NCBI GenBank assembly: GCA_965224085.1
Contig: CBDCYI010000005.1
Coordinates: 256,001-320,000, forward strand
Length of the DNA: 64,000 bases
From: Candidatus Marinacidobacterales bacterium
Lineage (GTDB): Bacteria > Acidobacteriota > Vicinamibacteria > Marinacidobacterales > SMYC01
Direction: 5' to 3'
Shown here: positions 47,621-57,770 of the stretch, piece after piece
Layout of the letters: each line of letters begins with the position of its first letter
Position numbering within the stretch: position 1 is the stretch's first letter
Position numbers and translations under genes: made by a program
The notes under the pieces: model-generated
What the model saw: only the letters and a program-made list of their open reading frames with translations
Database searches by the model: none
Told to the model about the DNA's origin: nothing

Positions 47621-50125
47621 TCACTCTTTGGCCAGGTCCTCGTACAAGCGACGGGCCTCCCGCCAAATCCCGAGTACCTCCCGCTTTTGCTCCGGGTTGT
47701 CAAAGCAGACGTTGATAAAAAAAGACGACGAACCCAATTCCTGCTGGCAAGCAGCTTCCTCCAACATCGGCAGTATCTCGTCAATCCACTCCACGAAGTA
47801 CCGAGCATCTTCAGGTGATCGCACCGGCTTGCCCCGCTGGGTGACGTAGATGGGGCTGGTATGGGCGTACACGTAGCCGTCCATGACCAGGTGCTGTCTC
47901 TCCGGTCCGGTCACGCGCGCCGCCAGCCAACCGCTTCGGTCCACCGCGAGACTCCGGTCGAGCTTCACGTGATACGGATCGTCGGCGCTGACCGACAGCA
48001 CGACCTCGCCGTTTTGCAGGATGTCGAGCTTTTCCATGGGAACCACGGAGCTTGCTTCGGCTTCAACCCGGACCGAACTGGGGCCACCTCCGGGAAGGCG
48101 CAGCTCGTCACCCGCCTCCTGCCCCTCGACTCGCAAGAACAGCAACGGCCCGTTCGTGACGAATGTCCGGCCCGTCGTAAGTCCGCGAATCCAGTCCCCG
48201 TACGTCAAGGTAGAGCCGCTTTGCACGTAGACGCGCACGGTCCCCACGGCGGCGCTCCGCCAGAAATTCGGGAACGCGTCGGTGCCCGCGGAGGCGGGAA
48301 TTCTGAAGCCAAGGTTCAATGCCCGATACCACTCGCTGGCGGTGGCGCGCTCATCGGACGGGATGCTCATCACGTCGTAGTAGTCCAGCTCGCCGAGGGC
48401 GACGGTGACTGGAAACTCCTTTGAGCGCCTGGGAAAATTACCCTCGTCCCCGTAAAAAGGATGAACGTATCCGCCCACGGCGCCCTGAGCGTGCACGGCA
48501 TCCAGAACCTGGGTGTTGGTCGGATGGTAAGCCTCATGGGGCGAACCGACATAGGACGTGTACGAGGGGAAGAAGTATTCCTTCAGGTTCAGCAGCGACA
48601 GGTGCCCGGGAAAGCTCGGACGGAACTCCTGGTTGAAGTACAGTATGCGACTCGAGTTGGACAGGGGGTGTGGCTTGCCCTCGAAGTACTGGAGATCGAT
48701 GATGCGGCTGTTGTGATTGGCGATCAGGTCGTTGATGACGTGCACATCTTCGGCTTCAGCCTCGAGCAGGAGCGATTTCGGCGTCGAGCCGAAAATTCCG
48801 CCGTAGTTCATGTGGATGTGGTTGTCCCCGGAATACCAGCCCCGTGCGGGCAAATCCATGAATCGTTCGAGGCTGAGCTCCACGGTTAGGGTCTCGCCCG
48901 CCACGATCTCCACTTCCTTCGACTGGGGGTGATACTCGAAGCCCTTCATCACCTCGACCGAGGCCCGTCCCGCAGGGAGGTCGATCATGAAGTGGCCGGG
49001 AGTATGGAAGTAGTGCTCGGTGTTGCCGGGTAGGCGGTCATATCCGGCCACGTTGGCGCGGTGATAAGCCTCGAAAGGCGCGTAGCTCTTGCCATCGCCG
49101 GCCCGGACGTAGGCACGGGCCGGAGTCTTCTCGCCGGTCACGCCGTCACGAATGACGACGCGAAGCCGCCCTATGGGATGCCGGTATTTGAAGTCTGTGA
49201 TCTCGATCGCCGAGGGGGCCGCGCCCACAGCGGATATGGTCCAGAGCTTGAATCTATGCTCGGCGTTGGAAACGTAGGCGATCCGACCACCATCCGGAGA
49301 CCAGCGGGGCGTGAAAAGCTCCGCTCCCTGCCGGGTCAACTGCACCGGATTGCCCGAGGCCGTGTGGATCATCCAGATTTCGTTGTGCCCCGTGCGATGA
49401 GAAATGTAAGCGATCTTCCTCCCATCGGGTGACCAGTGGGGTCGAGTGTGATAGAGGGTTTCTTCCTTCAACAACTGCTTGAGTGTCTTGTCGGCCACGT
49501 TTATGGTCCAGATGTCCCCGGTGCCGTAGAGACTGTCGCGGCTGCTGAGGAACACGATCTGTGCTCCGTCCGGAGCCCAGCTGGGCTCGAAGTTCTGGTG
49601 CTCGTCTTCGAGCAAGGGCTTCTGTGGTCCCCCGGCCGGCGAGATCCGCAACAAGTTCAGGCTCTGGCCGTCGGCCATGGAAGCGTAGACGATGCTCTCA
49701 CCGACCGGCGACCAGGCTGGGTTCACGTTGATCTGACCCGCGCGGGTGAGCTGACGGGGGTTCGCGCCGTCGGCGTCGACGACCCAAAGGTGAATCGCCT
49801 CATCATCGTCTCGAGTAAAGACAAGTTGCCGGCCGTCCGGCGACCAGGACGGCTCGGAGTCGTATTGGGGGGCGGACGTCAACTGCTTTGCCTCACCGCC
49901 GTCAGCGGAGATCTTCCATATGCTCCCCTGTATCGAGAAGGCGATCTCGCGGCCGTCCGGCGACCAGGACGGCGACCATGGTCCTGTCGTGACCGGCGGC
50001 AGGAAGATCATTTCCATGTAGCCGCGCGCGCCGGGGTAAACGAACTGGCTGTGCGGAAAGGCCGCAGAGGAGAGGGCGAGCAACAGCGGCAGGAAGGATA
50101 GGCGTCTCAGTCCGTGAGCTCTCAT
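47621..50125 (-). CDS. PD40-repeat + CehA/McbA family (PHP-like) metallohydrolase, exported
   Basis: Start taken at MRAHGL; WSPDG repeats; WYSGDNHIH, GYVHPF, SAGTD, GRTFVTNGP, AHTSPIYV. Confidence 0.85.
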   Translation of the reverse strand: MRAHGLRRLSFLPLLLALSSAAFPHSQFVYPGARGYMEMIFLPPVTTGPWSPSWSPDGREIAFSIQGSIWKISADGGEAKQLTSAPQYDSEPSWSPDGRQLVFTRDDDEAIHLWVVDADGANPRQLTRAGQINVNPAWSPVGESIVYASMADGQSLNLLRISPAGGPQKPLLEDEHQNFEPSWAPDGAQIVFLSSRDSLYGTGDIWTINVADKTLKQLLKEETLYHTRPHWSPDGRKIAYISHRTGHNEIWMIHTASGNPVQLTRQGAELFTPRWSPDGGRIAYVSNAEHRFKLWTISAVGAAPSAIEITDFKYRHPIGRLRVVIRDGVTGEKTPARAYVRAGDGKSYAPFEAYHRANVAGYDRLPGNTEHYFHTPGHFMIDLPAGRASVEVMKGFEYHPQSKEVEIVAGETLTVELSLERFMDLPARGWYSGDNHIHMNYGGIFGSTPKSLLLEAEAEDVHVINDLIANHNSRIIDLQYFEGKPHPLSNSSRILYFNQEFRPSFPGHLSLLNLKEYFFPSYTSYVGSPHEAYHPTNTQVLDAVHAQGAVGGYVHPFYGDEGNFPRRSKEFPVTVALGELDYYDVMSIPSDERATASEWYRALNLGFRIPASAGTDAFPNFWRSAAVGTVRVYVQSGSTLTYGDWIRGLTTGRTFVTNGPLLFLRVEGQEAGDELRLPGGGPSSVRVEAEASSVVPMEKLDILQNGEVVLSVSADDPYHVKLDRSLAVDRSGWLAARVTGPERQHLVMDGYVYAHTSPIYVTQRGKPVRSPEDARYFVEWIDEILPMLEEAACQQELGSSSFFINVCFDNPEQKREVLGIWREARRLYEDLAKE

Positions 50126-50269
50126 TTCGCTGCCTCCTGAGGCTTGGAACCGGAGACCGAGCGGGTGTTCCCGCACGGTCGTTTCCCGGTCTCGGAGAAG
50201 GGATCCTAACATGATGGAAGCGGTCATCGTTCTCGACGCGCACGATCGAGTGCCGCGAGTGCCGTAAGA

Positions 50270-50957
50270 CTTTTGAAGGCGATACGGGTTTCTGGCGGAT
50301 GATTGGAACCGACCGGAGCGACCTGGACGCCATGGTTGAAGGCATGGGACGCGAGTACGAGATTTTGAAGGTTCAAACAGTTTCCCGCGTGCCGGGTGAT
50401 TCAGAGCACCATTGAGACCGCACTGGCGTGTGTCAAGAGACATCGGATCGACGTGTCGTCCATTGATCGGATTCGGGTCCGGGCCGTCCCAAGGGCCTGC
50501 AACGGCCCCTTTTCGAATCCCCGGCCGAAGACATGTGGGCGGCGCAGTTCAGCACTGCCTATTCCGTCGCGGTAACCCTTAGGGGGTAGAGCCGGGACCG
50601 GAATGGTTTGCTGCACGGACTTTGGGTGACCCGATGGTGTGGAATCTGGCCGCGCGGGTGAAACTCATTCCTGACCGGAAGGCTCTCGCGCGGAATCGAC
50701 GACATTCCGGCCAGGTGCCTGTTGAGGTGGAAATCGAAGCGAAAGGCAGCAGGTTCCGCGAGCACCTTCTCACTGCGCGCGGGGAATCGTCCCACCCGCT
50801 TTCACAGCGCTTGGGAAAGTTCCTTCGGCTCGCCCGCTGGCGGATTCCCGAGGAGCGGGCGGCGGCTCTCTGGGATGAGCTGGGTCGTCTCGACCGAGTC
50901 GGTTCGGTGCGCGAGTTGGCGGCCGGCATGGCGAAAGGGCGAGCGATCCTTCGGTGA
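50270..50957 (+). pseudogene. Frameshifted C-terminal fragment of an MmgE/PrpD family protein
   Basis: EGDTGFWRMIG...GMGREYEIL / FKQFPAC / AAQFSTAYSVA / DPMVWNLAARV / GESSHPLS, spread over shifting frames. Confidence 0.65.
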
Positions 50958-51010
50958 TCCTGAACGCTACGTAGACGACGGGACGTGCAACCCCGGCGCA
51001 GGAAAGGCGT

Positions 51011-52384
51011 TTATTTCTCGGACACGGCAAGGACGTGGCTCCTCGTTCTGAAGTACAGCTTGCCCTCGGAGATAGCTGGCGTTGCCATCGCGACCTCGTC
51101 GAGAGAATTCGTGGCGAGGAGCTCGAACTCCGGTCCAGCCCGAACCACGAACACATCGCCGAGCTCGCTGGTAAAGTAGATCTTCCCATTGGCAGCGACC
51201 GGGGAGGCGGAGAATCCCATTCCGCCGCTGCCCAGACGCTTCCGGTAGACGCGCTCGCCGGTCTCGGCTCTGTAGCAGCTCAGCACGCCGTTGTCCCGAC
51301 AGTTGTAGAGATACTCACCATAGATCAGCGGTGTCTGCATGTAGGCACCTCCCCGGTCGACGCTCCAGGCAACGTAGTCGTTTGAACGAGAGCCTCCCTC
51401 GAGAGAAATGTCCCCCTGGGCATCGAGTCGAATCGCGTAGATCGGCGCCATGGAGCCATGCGCGTTGGTGAAAAAGGCCAGATCATGTGCCACGACCGGC
51501 GAAGGAACCGGGATGTCACCTCCACCTCGAAGTCGCCAAATCTCCTTGCCTGTCGTCGCGTCGTATCCCCCGATGTGCTTCCATCCGTTGACGAGGAGCA
51601 ACGTTCGATCGCCCCGTCGGTGAACGGTGGGCGTACTCCATGTGGGGACGTCGTCGCGCGGTGTGCGCCAGAGCTCTCGGCCGTCTTCGAGGTCGAAAGC
51701 TGCAAGAAAGGAGCCCTCAATGACGTCGCACTGAACGAACACCACATTCCCATGGATGATGGGAGAGCTGGCGAAGCCCCACCCGCGATCCGGTTCCCGG
51801 AAGAAGGCTGCGTCGAGAACACCGAGGTCCTTCTTCCAGAGCAGTTTGCCAGAGAAGTCGTAGCAGTAAAGGCCCTCGGAGCCGAAGAAAACCACGACGC
51901 GCTTGCCGTCGGTCGCGGGAGTGGGATTGGCTTGAGTCGCCTTGGGGTGGCGTTTCACTCTGGGCGCGCCCTCGTGCGCCGTCCGCTCCCACAGAATCTC
52001 GCCCGTGTTTTTGTCCAGCCGGTAGACGCGCCAAGCATGCACGGTGTCGTCCTGAACCGACTCGAGTCTTCCTAAACTCTCCGGGAGTCCAACCCGTAGG
52101 TTGGATTCCTTTTTCCAGCTAATCGCCGACGTGACGAAGAGACTCGAGTCCCAGATGACCGGCGAGGAATGCGCCAGTCCTGGGATTCGTGTTTTCCACT
52201 GGATGTTCTTGGGTTCTTGGGCACTCCAAACGGTCGGAGTCTCATATCCTTCGGCGATACCGTTTGCGTTTCGGCCGCGAAAGCTCGGCCAGTTTTGCTC
52301 CCCCTTTTCGCCTTGAACTGCTCCAAGGCGCGCTGTGGACGCCAGGATGAGGCTGATTGTCAGGAAGACTGTTCTATGGGTCAT
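51011..52384 (-). CDS. PQQ-binding-like (BamB-like) beta-propeller repeat protein, exported
   Basis: NWPSFRG, WKTRIPGLAHSSPVIW, ANPTPATDG, ASSPII, FSASPV, ATPAISEG. Confidence 0.88.
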   Translation of the reverse strand: MTHRTVFLTISLILASTARLGAVQGEKGEQNWPSFRGRNANGIAEGYETPTVWSAQEPKNIQWKTRIPGLAHSSPVIWDSSLFVTSAISWKKESNLRVGLPESLGRLESVQDDTVHAWRVYRLDKNTGEILWERTAHEGAPRVKRHPKATQANPTPATDGKRVVVFFGSEGLYCYDFSGKLLWKKDLGVLDAAFFREPDRGWGFASSPIIHGNVVFVQCDVIEGSFLAAFDLEDGRELWRTPRDDVPTWSTPTVHRRGDRTLLLVNGWKHIGGYDATTGKEIWRLRGGGDIPVPSPVVAHDLAFFTNAHGSMAPIYAIRLDAQGDISLEGGSRSNDYVAWSVDRGGAYMQTPLIYGEYLYNCRDNGVLSCYRAETGERVYRKRLGSGGMGFSASPVAANGKIYFTSELGDVFVVRAGPEFELLATNSLDEVAMATPAISEGKLYFRTRSHVLAVSEK

Positions 52385-52798
52385 CGTTCACTCCTCTTTT
52401 GGATGGGTCGCGACCGACCCGCTTCTTCCCCGATATTAAACGAGCCGGCCGCGGGGCGCCTGGGAGCGGCGCTTCACGACGACCCCTCCCACCGACCGGG
52501 GATCAGTTCTTCCGCGGTAAGCTCGAAATCAAGAACGCGAAACGCAAGACTGCTACTGACTTCCAAACGTGCCAAACGCGTACCGAACGCCTCGGTTATG
52601 GATTGTCAGCCTTGGCCACTCGCCGTCTGGACATAGTTATATAAGAGATCGACCACATAGTCATTGAAAGAAGCACCCCGCTCCGGAAGCTTTCAGGTTT
52701 ACGTGGCTAGTAGTAGCCCAGCCCGGCGTCTTCGACGATAATCAGCCCGTGTGGACGCCCCGCCATCGCGCGGTCGTCAACAGTGTTCAATCAGGAGC

Positions 52799-53968
52799 AT
52801 GATGATCATGAAACCTTCGTTGAAACTGGTCACCCTGGCATTGGTGCTTCTTGTTGGCAGCCAAGCCGACGCCCAGACTGCCAACGCTAGGCCGGCGCCG
52901 GGCTCGCCGACGGCAGACAATCTTCCCATCTACGAGGTGGATTCCACCTGGCCTCCGACGCTTCCGAACGACTGGATCCTGGGGGATATCAGAGGGCTGT
53001 TCGTCGACGACAACGATCACCTCTGGGTGCTCCACATGCCGTCGAGCCTGACGCGTCAGGAGATCGGGGCGGCCCTGGAGCCACCGATCGCCGATTGCTG
53101 CTTCCCTGCACCGCCAGTTCTCGAGCTCGATCCTGAGGGCAAGGTTCTCCGCACCTGGGGTGGCCCCGGCGAGGGCTACACCTGGTATGACCGGGCACAC
53201 GGGATCTACATCGATCACGACGGGTTCGTCTGGACGGGCACGAGCAATGGGTTCGACGTGATGAAGTTCACGCAAGACGGCGAGCATGTTCTGACGATCG
53301 GCGAGCCGGGCGTCAACAAGGGGAGCGACGATCCGGACCACCTGGGCGGACCCGCAAATTTCTACGTCGAGCCCAAAACGAACGAGATCTTCATCGCGGA
53401 TGGATACCGCAACAAGCGCGTGGGGGTCTACGATGCCGAGACCGGGAAATATCTCCGTCACTGGGGCGCGTACGGAAAGCCGCCGGACGACACCTACGAA
53501 TATGACTATCCGGTCAAAGTGGACGACCCGCCGCTGCAATACTCCACCCTTCATGGCATCGTCGGCTCGAAGGACGGTCTGATTTATGTAGCCGACCGCC
53601 GCGGCAACCGCATCCAGGTCTTCCGGCAGAACGGCGAGTACCTCATGGAGCGATTTGTTCGTCCAGAGACCGGCGGATCCGGGAGCGGATTCAGCCTCCA
53701 ACTCTCGCGGGATCCACAACAGAGCCTTCTGTACCTCATGGACGGCACGAACCAGCGTGTCTGGTTACTGCGGCGTAATGACTTGCGGATTCTGGACAGG
53801 TTCGGGAAGCCGGGTCGCCAGGCAGGCGAGTTCATTCGAGCACACATGATCTCGATCGACTCGAAGAACAGGATGTACACGGGTGAGGCGGGGAATGGTC
53901 GACGGATCCAGCGGTGGATCCTCAAAGGGACCAAGCCCGCCGCGAGCGTCAAGCCGCCGGCGCAATAG
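52799..53968 (+). CDS. NHL-repeat protein (PAL-like beta-propeller), exported
   Basis: Signal peptide; YEVDSTWP..LPN.W, APPVLELD, HGIYID, ADGYRNKR, ADRRGNRIQVF. Confidence 0.82.
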   Translation: MMIMKPSLKLVTLALVLLVGSQADAQTANARPAPGSPTADNLPIYEVDSTWPPTLPNDWILGDIRGLFVDDNDHLWVLHMPSSLTRQEIGAALEPPIADCCFPAPPVLELDPEGKVLRTWGGPGEGYTWYDRAHGIYIDHDGFVWTGTSNGFDVMKFTQDGEHVLTIGEPGVNKGSDDPDHLGGPANFYVEPKTNEIFIADGYRNKRVGVYDAETGKYLRHWGAYGKPPDDTYEYDYPVKVDDPPLQYSTLHGIVGSKDGLIYVADRRGNRIQVFRQNGEYLMERFVRPETGGSGSGFSLQLSRDPQQSLLYLMDGTNQRVWLLRRNDLRILDRFGKPGRQAGEFIRAHMISIDSKNRMYTGEAGNGRRIQRWILKGTKPAASVKPPAQ

Positions 53969-54259
53969 CTTAAATGGGCGTTTTGGGGGCCAATATGAGG
54001 GGGTTACGAGGGGTTTATACCCTTAAAAGACGGCCATTAGAGCCCGAAAGCGACTCGACTGCAGCAGGTTACAGTCGATCACGGACAAAGAATCCACGAA
54101 TCGCTTCATGGCGTCGACGATCCGGTCTTGGGACGTTTTGTTTATTGAATCGGTGTTAATCTGTACGAATCAATGGCTAATTAATTTTTTATTGATCTCA
54201 CACCCACACAAGACGAGATAAACCCAAATAGAACACAATCATTTTATCGGAAGTGAAAC

Positions 54260-56026
54260 ATGAAGAGAAGAGAATTTCTATCTTACACCGCCGCGGCGTA
54301 CGCGGGCGTAGCTTGCACCAAGACAGAATCTGGCGAGCAGGCGACATCCGGCACGCACGATCTTGTTCTAAAAAATGGTCGAATCATAGATGGTTCCGGT
54401 AACCCGTCGTTCAAAGCAGATATTGCGTTGAAAGATGGAAGGATAAGCAAAATTGGCAGAGTAGACGAAGAAAAAGCTGACAGAATCATTGATGTTAAAG
54501 GACTCTTCGTCAGTCCAGGTTTCATCGACGTCCATAACCACTCTGACACTAGCATGTTCGTTGATCCATGGATCGAAAGTAAGATCAGACAGGGCATCAC
54601 CACGGATGTAAACGGTAATTGCGGAGGAAGCCCAGCGCCACTCAATGAGAAAACGAAAGCTAGAGCAGCAAGACGCATGTCACAAGAGGACATTGACTGG
54701 TCGACAATGGATGGGTACTTCAATCGACTCGAGAAACATGGGATCGCCCAAAACATGGTCACTCTCGTTGGGCATGGCACCGTGAGGAACTATGTGATGT
54801 ATGGAAACCAAGGTGCGCCTACCCAGAAGCAACTCGACGAGATGAAGGAACTCGTAAGAGAAGCCATGCAACACGGCGCAGCAGGACTCTCCACGGGTCT
54901 CGCATACTCCCCAGGTTGCTATGCCCACACCGACGAGGTTGTAGAACTAACCAAAGTAGTAGCTGAGTATGGGGGCATCTACGCCAGCCATCTCAGAGAC
55001 TTTAGCTCACAAGTTCTCGGGTGGTCAGGGGAAGAAGGTTCGGTGTATAAAGCTGTTGCTGAAGCCATAGAGATTGGGAGAAGGTCTGGAGTAAGGGTTG
55101 TCCAGCTTTCCCACCTCAGCAGCAATTCACCCTACTCTTCTGACCCAGAACTCGATGAGAAGGTTCGCGACATGATATACAAAGCGAGGGAGGATGGAAT
55201 TGATGTCTTAGCAGACATCCTGCCCAGTGACTGGGGTTCGGTCGCCCCATGGCCAGGACGATCGGTCTTCTCCCCTAGTTATCTCGCAGACGGAAAGGAG
55301 AATCTCCTTGAAAGACTGCGAGACCCAGATCAGAGGGCTGTACTGAAGGAGGAACTACTCACAAAGTCTCTGGCGGAGATGCGTTTCGAGAACACCACAG
55401 CTCGGCTACAACTCATTCGAGCTGGCAAGGGGGACGGTGTGTGGATATTCCCCCCGCTCAATGGGCATTTCAAGAACCCTGAATACGAGAGAAAAACATT
55501 GGACGTGATCGCCGAAATGAAGGGGGTTGACCTACTTGACGCCTTATTTGATCTTCTCATCGAGGAAAACGGAGAGATATCTGTCGCGAACAGGATAATG
55601 GAGGATCGGAATAGCCAGATGATTTGGTCGGTCGCCATACCGAGTAGCGACGGGGGAGGCACGGCCAAGCCGGGTGAGGGTACTAGACGGGTCCGACCGA
55701 CTGCGTATAGTGGATTCAGTGACGCTCTCGTGTGGGTCAGGGAAAAGAAGCTAGTTGCACTCGAGGATATGATCAGGAAGATGACATCGTTTCCGGCACG
55801 TACCCTGCGACTCCGGGATAGAGGTTTAATCAAGGAGGGCTTACAGGCGGATATCACGGTGTTTGATTTCGAGAACGTCAAGAGTCTTTGCACCTACGAG
55901 AACGATGCAAGACCCGCTTACCCAGAAGGGATACCCTATGTCATCGTCAACGGCGTACCTGTGATCGATGATAATCAGTTGACAGAAGCGTTACCAGGAA
56001 AGGTGCTGAGACACGCCGCTGCCTAA
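54260..56026 (+). CDS. N-acyl-D-amino-acid deacylase (D-aminoacylase) family, Tat lipoprotein
   Basis: KRREFL + GVAC lipobox; PGFIDVHNHSD, GNCG, STGLAYSPG, SHLR, LSHL, SSDG. Confidence 0.9.
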   Translation: MKRREFLSYTAAAYAGVACTKTESGEQATSGTHDLVLKNGRIIDGSGNPSFKADIALKDGRISKIGRVDEEKADRIIDVKGLFVSPGFIDVHNHSDTSMFVDPWIESKIRQGITTDVNGNCGGSPAPLNEKTKARAARRMSQEDIDWSTMDGYFNRLEKHGIAQNMVTLVGHGTVRNYVMYGNQGAPTQKQLDEMKELVREAMQHGAAGLSTGLAYSPGCYAHTDEVVELTKVVAEYGGIYASHLRDFSSQVLGWSGEEGSVYKAVAEAIEIGRRSGVRVVQLSHLSSNSPYSSDPELDEKVRDMIYKAREDGIDVLADILPSDWGSVAPWPGRSVFSPSYLADGKENLLERLRDPDQRAVLKEELLTKSLAEMRFENTTARLQLIRAGKGDGVWIFPPLNGHFKNPEYERKTLDVIAEMKGVDLLDALFDLLIEENGEISVANRIMEDRNSQMIWSVAIPSSDGGGTAKPGEGTRRVRPTAYSGFSDALVWVREKKLVALEDMIRKMTSFPARTLRLRDRGLIKEGLQADITVFDFENVKSLCTYENDARPAYPEGIPYVIVNGVPVIDDNQLTEALPGKVLRHAAA

Positions 56027-56290
56027 CTCACCCACGATATACTCGTCGGTAAATGGCCGGTGCAGATCCGGAGCAAACTCGAATCCTGCCAAGCTCGCCC
56101 CGAGGAGTGGCGTGAGGATCTCGGTCTCGAAGACGCCGTCCAAGTCATTGTCGTAAATGTCTCGCTGACTCACCCTGCCGCCGCCGGCGCGGCTGCTACT
56201 CGGACCGTCGCGGCCGTTCACCGCCTCGTGTACGCGCCTTTAGGCGATGGAGCGCACGGGCTCAGTAACTAGGTAAGGAGGAAATAACAA

Positions 56291-57412
56291 ATGTACGACT
56301 TCTACAAGTGGAAGGTTCCATACCGCGTGCCCATCGTAGATGAGCCGGTTGTTGATGCGATAGTCCGGGTGATGAAGAAGGGTGTCATCTTCCGGGGCGA
56401 CGATACCACTGGTTTCGAGGAAGGCTTGGCCGCTTACATCGGAGTCAAGCATGGCGTGAGTGTTAACGCTGGCACCTCCGCCCAGCTTCTTTATTGGCTG
56501 GCCTGCGGTTACGAACCCGGCAGTGAGATCATTAGCCAGACCAACAGCTACATTGCTGGCTTAACAACAGCCATGCATGCGGGGCTGAAGCCTGTCTTTG
56601 TGGAACCCGACAAGGACACGTTCACCATCGACGTCAACAAGGTCGAGGCGGCCATCACGCCCAAGACCCGGGCCCTGCTCGCTGTGCACCTTTATGGGCA
56701 CCCAACTGAAATGGGACCGCTCATGGAACTATGCGATCGGCACGGCGTCGACGTGTTCGAGGTCATCGCCCATTCCACCGGCGGTGAATACGGGGGACGA
56801 AAGTTGGGTTCCTTCGGCCGGGCGGCCATGTCCACCTTCGGCAGCAAGGTGCTGACCGTCAACGGGCTGGGTGGCATGCTGCTGACCAATGATGAGGAAC
56901 TGGCGAAAAAGGTTTCCATTTTGCGGAAGAACGCCCGGGAAACGTCTGAAGAGTATCTCAATCTGGACGTCCTGCCGTATAACTTGCAGCTCAGTGAATG
57001 CCTGGCCGCTATCGGAGGGGTTAACCTGAAGCGGCTTGACGCGCACGTCGAAAGCCGCCGGCATAATGCCGCCCGCCTGCGCAAGAACCTGCTCGAGGCG
57101 GACCTGCCGATTATCGTGCCGATCGAGAAGGATTGGGGGCGCCATGCTTACCTGCACTTCGTGATCCGGTCCAAGAAGCGGGATGCATTGAAGGCTTTCC
57201 TCATCGAAAAGGGAATCGAGGTGCGCGTTCACTATCCCATACCCGCGTACCTCATCGGTCCGATTCGCACGGCCGGCGGGCACAAGGAAGGGGACTTTCC
57301 TATTTCCGACGAAATGGCCAAGACCGTCCTGTCGCTGCCGGTCGGCCCCTGGTTCACGGACGATCAGATCGACTACGTGGCCGATCAAGTTAAGGCGTTT
57401 TTCAAGAAGTAG
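56291..57412 (+). CDS. DegT/DnrJ/EryC1/StrS family PLP aminotransferase
   Basis: FEEGLAAYIG, NAGTSA, VHLYGHP, STFGSKVL (Lys), GGMLLTND, VHYPIP, LSLPV. Confidence 0.88.
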   Translation: MYDFYKWKVPYRVPIVDEPVVDAIVRVMKKGVIFRGDDTTGFEEGLAAYIGVKHGVSVNAGTSAQLLYWLACGYEPGSEIISQTNSYIAGLTTAMHAGLKPVFVEPDKDTFTIDVNKVEAAITPKTRALLAVHLYGHPTEMGPLMELCDRHGVDVFEVIAHSTGGEYGGRKLGSFGRAAMSTFGSKVLTVNGLGGMLLTNDEELAKKVSILRKNARETSEEYLNLDVLPYNLQLSECLAAIGGVNLKRLDAHVESRRHNAARLRKNLLEADLPIIVPIEKDWGRHAYLHFVIRSKKRDALKAFLIEKGIEVRVHYPIPAYLIGPIRTAGGHKEGDFPISDEMAKTVLSLPVGPWFTDDQIDYVADQVKAFFKK

Positions 57413-57770
57413 GAGCCAGCAGACGGCAACCCGTAGCTAACGTCACTGTCCAATATTTGGGGGAACTTATGACTTCCTCGGCCCGAAGCGTAGGACGACG
57501 GGGCAGGGTGAGGGAAGATCGTCTCAAGAGCAGGCGGACGATAGCCCATGCGCTATGCGGGATTTCTCGCGGTCATGGATTTCTCCCAGAAAAAATGAAT
57601 ACGTATTCTTTTTTCCTCATCACGGTTGGAGCCGGACACAGGATCCACCGTCCAACCATAGGCTACCCACCTAGTCTGGTAGGGCCTTAAAATATTACGT
57701 GGCTTCAATGATTTAGGTACGCTGGACCAGTACGAAGACGTACTTTGGCGCCAAACAGGGAGAAGCAATC

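Noticed and set aside
55991-56272. Short ORFs between the D-aminoacylase and DegT genes
   Set aside because: No motifs or clear RBS; possibly another fragment but unsupported.
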